Origin: a bacterium
GTDB taxonomy: Bacteria; Chloroflexota; Dormibacteria; Aeolococcales; Aeolococcaceae
DNA length: 64,000 bases
Direction of reading: 5' to 3'
Assembly (NCBI GenBank): GCA_021803465.1
Contig: JAJZLL010000011.1
Coordinates: 913-64,912 of the forward strand
The translations under genes were made by a program, and so were the position numbers. Below, piece after piece: positions 58,787 through 64,000 of the stretch (position 1 is its first letter; every line of letters starts with the position of its first letter). The notes beneath the pieces are model-generated. The model saw only the letters and a program-made list of their open reading frames with translations. It had not been told where the DNA came from and did not search any database.

Positions 58787-59800
58787 CTACTCTTCCTCGT
58801 CCTCCGCATCCTTCTTTGCAGTCGTCTTCCGACGGGTTGAAGGACTTGCGGCTTTCGCTGCTGGTTGGGTCTTGGGAGTCGCTGCCTTGCGCTTCGCAGC
58901 GGGCCGACTTGCCGTAACCTTCTCTATCTTCGCATTTCCTGCAGTGGTCTCGTCGTCCTCTGCTGCCACAGGATCTGCAGCATCTGCTGTGTCTTCAACA
59001 GCAGCTTCCACGACTTCCGTCACCACTACCTCAACCACAGGAGCTGGGGTTGGAGCGGGAGCAGGAGCGGGAGCAGGAGCTGGAGCTGCTGCTGCTACTG
59101 GAGCAGGTGGAGCTTCCGGTTCAGCCTGGTCGACTTGCGCCTTCTGTTCGAGTCCAGTGATGGCTTCTCCAGTGGCAGTGACAAAATCGCCCACATAGAG
59201 CCAGCATGTCACGCCAATCTTGCCGAACGTGGTGTGCGCTTCCGCCTTGCCATAGTCAATGTTCGCGCGAAGTGTATGAAGCGGTACGCGGCCATCCATC
59301 TCCCACTCCCGGCGGGACATTTCCGAACCACCAAGCCGTCCTGCAACAGCTATCTTCACGCCAAGTGCGCCTGCGCGCATCGACCGCATGATTGCCTGCT
59401 TCATTGCACGGCGGAAGGCGATGCGCTTCTCCAGCTGGGTTGCGACATTCTCAGCGACAAGGGTCGCATCAAGCTCAGGAGTCTTGATCTCATGGATGCT
59501 GATGCGGACACGCTTTCCGCTCATCCGCTCAAGTTCATCCCGAAGTGAGTCGACAGCAGCTCCCTGCTTTCCGATGACAATGCCTGGTTTCGCAGTGCGC
59601 ACAACTACTGTGAGCTGATTGGCACTCCTCTCCGTCTCCACACGGGAGACACTCGCGTTTCTGAGCCTGCTCCTGATGAGACGCCGCATTGCGAGATCCT
59701 CGTGCAGCAGTTTCGCATATTCCTTGTCGGCATACCATCTGGCATCCCAGCCACGATACACGCCTACACGAAATCCGATCGGACTAACTTTCTGACCCAT
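58787..59800 (-). CDS. rpsC: 30S ribosomal protein S3 with ~110-aa Ala/Pro/Lys/Glu-rich C-terminal extension
   Basis: Canonical S3 KH/S3-C domains ([18 protein letters not shown]...) followed by ...[33 protein letters not shown]...[14 protein letters not shown]...AEDEEE. Confidence 0.9.
   Translation of the reverse strand: MGQKVSPIGFRVGVYRGWDARWYADKEYAKLLHEDLAMRRLIRSRLRNASVSRVETERSANQLTVVVRTAKPGIVIGKQGAAVDSLRDELERMSGKRVRISIHEIKTPELDATLVAENVATQLEKRIAFRRAMKQAIMRSMRAGALGVKIAVAGRLGGSEMSRREWEMDGRVPLHTLRANIDYGKAEAHTTFGKIGVTCWLYVGDFVTATGEAITGLEQKAQVDQAEPEAPPAPVAAAAPAPAPAPAPAPTPAPVVEVVVTEVVEAAVEDTADAADPVAAEDDETTAGNAKIEKVTASRPAAKRKAATPKTQPAAKAASPSTRRKTTAKKDAEDEEE
59045..59110. repeat. Simple-sequence coding repeat (GCAGGAGC-like units) encoding the (Ala-Pro)n tract of S3
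   Basis: gagcgggagcaggagcgggagcaggagctggagctgctgctgct... visible on plus strand. Confidence 0.5.
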
Positions 59801-60302
59801 CGTCCTCCCCCTTCTCCTCCGTAGCTGCCGGAGCCTCTTTGGCTGTACCGCTGGCTTTCCGCGGTGCGCGGCGAGCAGAGGTTGGTTTCACATCTTTCGC
59901 TGCAGTCTCAGGTGCGGATTCAGCTGCAGGAGCTGGCTTGGTACGGGTCTGTCGTGAGGGAACCTCTACGACTTCATCTGTCACAACGGCAGTAAGGTGG
60001 CTCATGCGTTTGAACACGCTTCCCACACTTCCCCGTGACTTTGGACGGAACCGCTTTATCATCCCTGCAGCATCCGCAGTAACGCGGACAACACGGAGAG
60101 CATCCGCATCAAGGCTGTAGTTGTGCTCAGCATTTGCAGCAGCGGACTTGATCACCTTGGCAACATCGCGGGCAACGTGGCGTGGCATGAATGACAGAAC
60201 TGTGAGCGCATCGCTCACGCGCTGTCCTTCCACGACGTTGGCCACAAGACGTGCCTTGCGGGCAGTCGTGCGTACCCACTTTGCTGTCGATGTGACTTCC
60301 AT
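59784..60302 (-). CDS. rplV: 50S ribosomal protein L22 with ~55-aa charged/Ala-Pro-rich C-terminal extension
   Basis: Conserved L22 core then ...[53 protein letters not shown]. Confidence 0.9.
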   Translation of the reverse strand: MEVTSTAKWVRTTARKARLVANVVEGQRVSDALTVLSFMPRHVARDVAKVIKSAAANAEHNYSLDADALRVVRVTADAAGMIKRFRPKSRGSVGSVFKRMSHLTAVVTDEVVEVPSRQTRTKPAPAAESAPETAAKDVKPTSARRAPRKASGTAKEAPAATEEKGEDDGSES

Positions 60303-60315
60303 GTACTCCGTTCTC

Positions 60316-60600
60316 CTACTTCACCGATGAACTGCGTTCCGACTTGCCACCATGCGTCCGGCTCCGGCGGGTCGCAACAAACTCGCCGAGCTTGTGCCCC
60401 ACCATCGCTTCTGTGATGTACACGGGAACATGCTTGTGTCCGTCATGGACGGCAATATTGTGTCCAACCATCTCAGGGAAGATGTCGCTTCGACGTGACC
60501 ACGTCTTGATGAGGCGCTTCTCGCGAGATGCGTTCATGCGCTCCACCTTCCGCATCAGGTGTTCGTCGCAAAACGGTCCTTTCTTCAGTGAACGCCCCAT
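60316..60600 (-). CDS. rpsS: 30S ribosomal protein S19
   Basis: [20 protein letters not shown]... Confidence 0.95.
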   Translation of the reverse strand: MGRSLKKGPFCDEHLMRKVERMNASREKRLIKTWSRRSDIFPEMVGHNIAVHDGHKHVPVYITEAMVGHKLGEFVATRRSRTHGGKSERSSSVK

Positions 60601-60603
60601 GGC

Positions 60604-61428
60604 TTACTTCTTCCTCCGACGAACGATAAGTGGATCTGTCAATTTGTTGTGCCGTGTGCGGTATCCCAGCGCAGGCTTTCCCCATGGTGTCTGTGGATGG
60701 CCACCAGGGCCCGACTTGCCTTCTCCACCACCGTGTGGATGGTCAACCGGGTTCATTGTCGAGCCGCGAACTGTTGGCCTGCGGCCACGCCAGCGGCTGA
60801 TGCCGGCCTTGCCCCAGTTCTCGTTCTCATGCTCAACATTGCCAACCTGGCCCACAGTCGCATAACAGCGGACATCCACCTTTCTCATCTCACCACTTGG
60901 GAGACGCAGCTGGGCATACTGTCCTTCCTTGGCGAGCAGCTGTGCGGATGCTCCAGCACTCCGGACTATCTGTCCGCCCCGGCCCAGTGAAAGCTCAATG
61001 TTGTGGATTGTCGTTCCCAGCGGCATCTTAAAAAGTGGAAGCGCGTTGCCTGGCCGTATTGGTGCATCCTCACCAGCAAGGACTGTGGCATCAACCTGCA
61101 GTCCGACCGGGGAAAGGATGTACCGTTTTTCGCCATCTGCATAATGGACAAGCGCAATGCGTGCTGACCGGTTAGGATCGTACTCGATCGCAGCAACACG
61201 GCCTGGAACGCCACGCTTGTCCCGCTTGAAGTCGATCCGGCGATACGTCTTCTTGTGGCCACCACCATGGTGGCGAACCGTGATCTTGCCAGTGTTGTTC
61301 CGTCCTGAGGCCTTCTTGAGGTGCTCCGTGAGCGAGCGCTCGGGTTCCGTCTTTGTGACGTCCGCAAAGGAGCTCACTGACCTGAAGCGATGGCCTGGAC
61401 TGGTTGGCTTGTACTGTTTGACTGGCAT
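60604..61428 (-). CDS. rplB: 50S ribosomal protein L2
   Basis: 274 aa, conserved ...HGGGEG... C-terminal motif. Confidence 0.95.
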   Translation of the reverse strand: MPVKQYKPTSPGHRFRSVSSFADVTKTEPERSLTEHLKKASGRNNTGKITVRHHGGGHKKTYRRIDFKRDKRGVPGRVAAIEYDPNRSARIALVHYADGEKRYILSPVGLQVDATVLAGEDAPIRPGNALPLFKMPLGTTIHNIELSLGRGGQIVRSAGASAQLLAKEGQYAQLRLPSGEMRKVDVRCYATVGQVGNVEHENENWGKAGISRWRGRRPTVRGSTMNPVDHPHGGGEGKSGPGGHPQTPWGKPALGYRTRHNKLTDPLIVRRRKK

Positions 61429-61430
61429 TT

Positions 61431-61751
61431 CTATACTCCCTCGTAGACACCTTCAATGCGCTGGCCATCCGCGAGGGTCACGACTGCCTTCTTCCAGTCG
61501 GGGCTCTCTCCAAGCATGCGTGCTCCACCACGACGCTGCCGACGGCGGGCACGTCCCTGGACGCGCTGCGTGTTGACACTCGCAACTATGATCTTCTGAT
61601 CTGAAAAGGCTTCCTCGACTGCCCGCTTGATCTCCACTTTCGTGGCATCGAGGGTGCACCGGAACACATACTTCCCGCTCGAGGCAATCTGTGCATATGA
61701 CTTCTCGCTCACCACGGGGCGAACAAGAATCTGCTCAAAGCTGCGTCTCAT
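61431..61751 (-). CDS. rplW: 50S ribosomal protein L23
   Basis: 106 aa L23 family. Confidence 0.9.
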   Translation of the reverse strand: MRRSFEQILVRPVVSEKSYAQIASSGKYVFRCTLDATKVEIKRAVEEAFSDQKIIVASVNTQRVQGRARRRQRRGGARMLGESPDWKKAVVTLADGQRIEGVYEGV

Positions 61752-62371
61752 CCCCAGAGTCCCTCCATTTCCGTGATCGCGTCCTTGGTGAAGACGAGTG
61801 TCTCGGCCCGGAGCAGGTTGTACACGGAAAGATTACTTGCCAGCACCACATGCGCGAACGGAATGTTCCGAACACTCTTTTCAAGTGGAACATTGTGGGA
61901 ACCCAGCACAAAGAGCACCCGTCCCTTGGCATTCATCTCCTGCAGCATGCCTGCAATCGTCTTCGTCTTTGGCGCCTCGAGGTCCACTGAGTCAAGGACA
62001 GTCACAGTATGTTCCGCAGCAACGGCTGTCAGTGCGCCAAGGAGCGCGAGACGACGCTGCTTCCGTGGCATGTCCATGGCATAGCTCCGCGGATGTGGTC
62101 CAAACACTGTGCCGCCACCACGGTAGTGGGGAGCCCTGATGGAACCCTGGCGTGCACGTCCAGTGCCCTTCTGCGCATACGGCTTGCGTCCACCACCACG
62201 AACATCTGCACGCGTCTTGGTGGAATGCGTGCCCTGGCGTGCGTTCGCAAGCTGCCTGAGCACTGCCTGATGCATGAGCGCACGGTGGACAGGAACATCA
62301 AAAAGCGTTGTTGGAAGCTCCATTGAGCCTGTTGTGCTGCCCTGCTGGTTGATGATGCTTGCAGTTGCCAT
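61748..62371 (-). CDS. rplD: 50S ribosomal protein L4
   Basis: 207 aa L4 family. Confidence 0.95.
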   Translation of the reverse strand: MATASIINQQGSTTGSMELPTTLFDVPVHRALMHQAVLRQLANARQGTHSTKTRADVRGGGRKPYAQKGTGRARQGSIRAPHYRGGGTVFGPHPRSYAMDMPRKQRRLALLGALTAVAAEHTVTVLDSVDLEAPKTKTIAGMLQEMNAKGRVLFVLGSHNVPLEKSVRNIPFAHVVLASNLSVYNLLRAETLVFTKDAITEMEGLWG

Positions 62372-62373
62372 TA

Positions 62374-63006
62374 CTATGCTCCTTCCTTCACTGCGTTCCG
62401 GACGAGCACCACAGCATTCTTCCCACCGGGAACACTTCCCCGCACAAGAAGAAGCTGACGGTCTGCATCTACCCTGACAACCTCAAGGTTGCGTACAGTG
62501 GCACGGGCATCTCCAAGATGTCCAGCCATCTTCACACCCTTGAAGGTGCGTGCCGCATCAGTCGAACCGATGGATCCTGGCTGCCGGATGTTCATGGATC
62601 CGTGCGTTACTGGTCCACGATGGAAGTTGTGCCGCTTGTGGTGTCCAGCGAAGCCCTTGCCCTTGCTCGTTCCGACCACATCGATGCGCTCGCCCGGAGT
62701 GAACATCTCCACAGTCAGCTGCTCTCCTGGAGTCTCGTGGTCCGCAAGATCACGCACTTCCATGAGTGTGCGGAGCGGCTTCACATGCGCACGCTCAAAG
62801 TGACCTTTCATGGGCTTGTTCACGCGCTTTGCACGGACCTCCCCATACCCCAGCTGGACAGCAGAGTATCCTTCCACTGACGTGTGCTTCACCTGGACAA
62901 CGTGGCAGCTTGCCGACTCGAGGACAGTGACCGGAACGACCGATCCATCCTCAAGAAAGAGCTGCATCATGCCCTTCTTCTGTGCAAGAAGTCCGCGCTG
63001 TGTCAT
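62374..63006 (-). CDS. rplC: 50S ribosomal protein L3
   Basis: 210 aa L3 family. Confidence 0.95.
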   Translation of the reverse strand: MTQRGLLAQKKGMMQLFLEDGSVVPVTVLESASCHVVQVKHTSVEGYSAVQLGYGEVRAKRVNKPMKGHFERAHVKPLRTLMEVRDLADHETPGEQLTVEMFTPGERIDVVGTSKGKGFAGHHKRHNFHRGPVTHGSMNIRQPGSIGSTDAARTFKGVKMAGHLGDARATVRNLEVVRVDADRQLLLVRGSVPGGKNAVVLVRNAVKEGA

Positions 63007-63308
63007 GACTTGATCTCAATGTGCACGCCGCTTGGAAGGTTCAGGCGCATCAACGCATCAACCACTTTCGGGTTGGGGTCGATGACATCGACAATGCGGT
63101 TGTGCACCCGCATCTCGAACTGTTCGCGTGAATCCTTGTCGATGAATGTCGCACGATTGACCGTGAACTTCTGGATACGTGTCGGAAGGGGAACTGGCCC
63201 AGCCACACGAGCTCCAGTGCGCGTGGCAGTCGCGACAATCGTGAGCGCTGCCTGGTCAAGGACGCGGTGGTCGTATGCCTTGAGTCGGATACGGATCTTC
63301 TGAGCCAT
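63003..63308 (-). CDS. rpsJ: 30S ribosomal protein S10
   Basis: [18 protein letters not shown]... Confidence 0.95.
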   Translation of the reverse strand: MAQKIRIRLKAYDHRVLDQAALTIVATATRTGARVAGPVPLPTRIQKFTVNRATFIDKDSREQFEMRVHNRIVDVIDPNPKVVDALMRLNLPSGVHIEIKS

Positions 63309-63344
63309 TGTGTCGATTCCCTACTTCTACGTTGTTCCGATGTG

Positions 63345-64000
63345 TTACTGGAGAATCTTCGTGACGACGCCCTTGCCGACTGTATGACCACCCTCACGGA
63401 TTGCGAAGCGCATTCCGTCCTCGATGGCGACAGGGGTAATGAGCTCGATGACCATACGGGTGTTGTCTCCAGGCATGCACATCTCCGTTCCCTCAGGAAG
63501 CGTTGCAGTACCTGTGACATCCGTCGTACGGATGAAGAACTGTGGACGGTAGCCCGTGAAGAATGGCGTGTGACGGCCACCCTCTTCCTTGCTCAGCACG
63601 TACACCTCTGCCTCAAACTTCGTGTGAGGAGTGATGGATCCCGGCTTTGCGAGGACCTGGCCGCGCTGGACATCCTCACGCTTCACACCACGGAGAAGGC
63701 ATCCGACATTCATGCCGGCCTCACCCTGGTCGAGGAGCTTGTGGAACATCTCAACTCCAGTGACAACAGTCTTCGTTGTGTCCTTGATGCCGACAATTTC
63801 GACATTCTCGTTCACCTTGACCACACCGCGCTCGATGCGGCCAGTGACAACCGTTCCTCGGCCTTCAATCGAGAAGACATCTTCGATCGGCATCATGAAT
63901 GGCTTGTCAACATCGCGCTCAGGCACTGGGACGTACTTGTCAACTGCATCGACGAGCTCGATGATCTTGTCCTCCCACTCCTTGTCGCCTTCGAGCGCCT
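63345..64000 (-). CDS. tuf: Elongation factor Tu, C-terminal part (gene continues beyond window end)
   Basis: Domains 2-3 of EF-Tu (…[13 protein letters not shown]…, …EGGRHTPFF…); frame continues open to position 64000. Confidence 0.95.
   Translation of the reverse strand, partial: ALEGDKEWEDKIIELVDAVDKYVPVPERDVDKPFMMPIEDVFSIEGRGTVVTGRIERGVVKVNENVEIVGIKDTTKTVVTGVEMFHKLLDQGEAGMNVGCLLRGVKREDVQRGQVLAKPGSITPHTKFEAEVYVLSKEEGGRHTPFFTGYRPQFFIRTTDVTGTATLPEGTEMCMPGDNTRMVIELITPVAIEDGMRFAIREGGHTVGKGVVTKILQ

Noticed and set aside
58865-59548. 227-aa plus-strand ORF and 150-aa ORF 58746..59198 opposite rpsC
   Set aside because: Antisense to S3; the (GCAGGAGC)n repeat produces open frames in all phases
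1-64000. Searched by eye for CRISPR-like direct repeats, tRNA T-loop/anticodon-arm signatures in intergenic gaps, and transposase/integrase/recombinase genes
   Set aside because: None found; all intergenic gaps are short (<350 nt) except 42315-42706 and 50523-50868, and none showed tRNA-like GTTCRA motifs or spaced direct repeats

Overview
High-GC bacterial chromosomal window (about 58-60% GC by eye). It is almost entirely coding and mostly on the minus strand. No rRNA, tRNA, CRISPR array, transposase or integrase could be recognised. I read five blocks.

(1) 192-15420: a Tad/Flp (type IVc) pilus locus. It contains an Flp prepilin, tadB, tadC, two cpaB/rcpC paralogs, two TadE-like and one TadG-like pseudopilin. 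Mixed in are three lipoproteins, a beta-propeller-like surface protein and a 682-aa secreted protein extremely rich in Tyr/Trp/Thr/Gln/Asn. The locus is split by an oppositely oriented mutY-like / formyltransferase / hypothetical operon. No TadA/CpaF ATPase, TadZ/CpaE or prepilin peptidase is visible.

(2) 15537-17681: a histidine phosphatase and cytochrome-c biogenesis ResB.

(3) 17746-31978: a complete 14-gene NADH:quinone oxidoreductase operon, nuoA-N.

(4) 32049-45805: an accessory-looking stretch. It holds an SDR, a RibD_C/DHFR-family protein, a Rieske protein and a small WXG100 (type VII secretion-substrate-like) island. The island has two WXG100 proteins flanking a 412-aa WXG-like + LysM + tandem-repeat protein and a PIN/antitoxin pair. 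It is followed by a methyltransferase, aminopeptidase N, ferredoxin-NADP reductase, an aquaporin, a GT2 glycosyltransferase and a WecB/TagA-family transferase.

(5) 45841-64000: the conserved rpsI-rplM-truA-rplQ-rpoA-rpsD-rpsK-rpsM-rpmJ / map-adk-secY / spc / S10 ribosomal-protein cluster, ending in a 5'-truncated tuf.

Points worth a second look in block 5: an apparent frameshift in rplF; no infA in the 344-nt map-rpmJ spacer; and long low-complexity C-terminal extensions on S3 and L22.

Lineage inference is weak. The evidence is WXG100 proteins, Zn-ribbon ribosomal proteins (S14 type Z, L36, Thermus-like L24), Bacillus-like rplQ-truA-rplM-rpsI order, and Tad loci without a secretin. Together these point to a high-GC monoderm-type / Terrabacteria lineage, possibly Chloroflexota- or Deinococcota/Actinomycetota-like.
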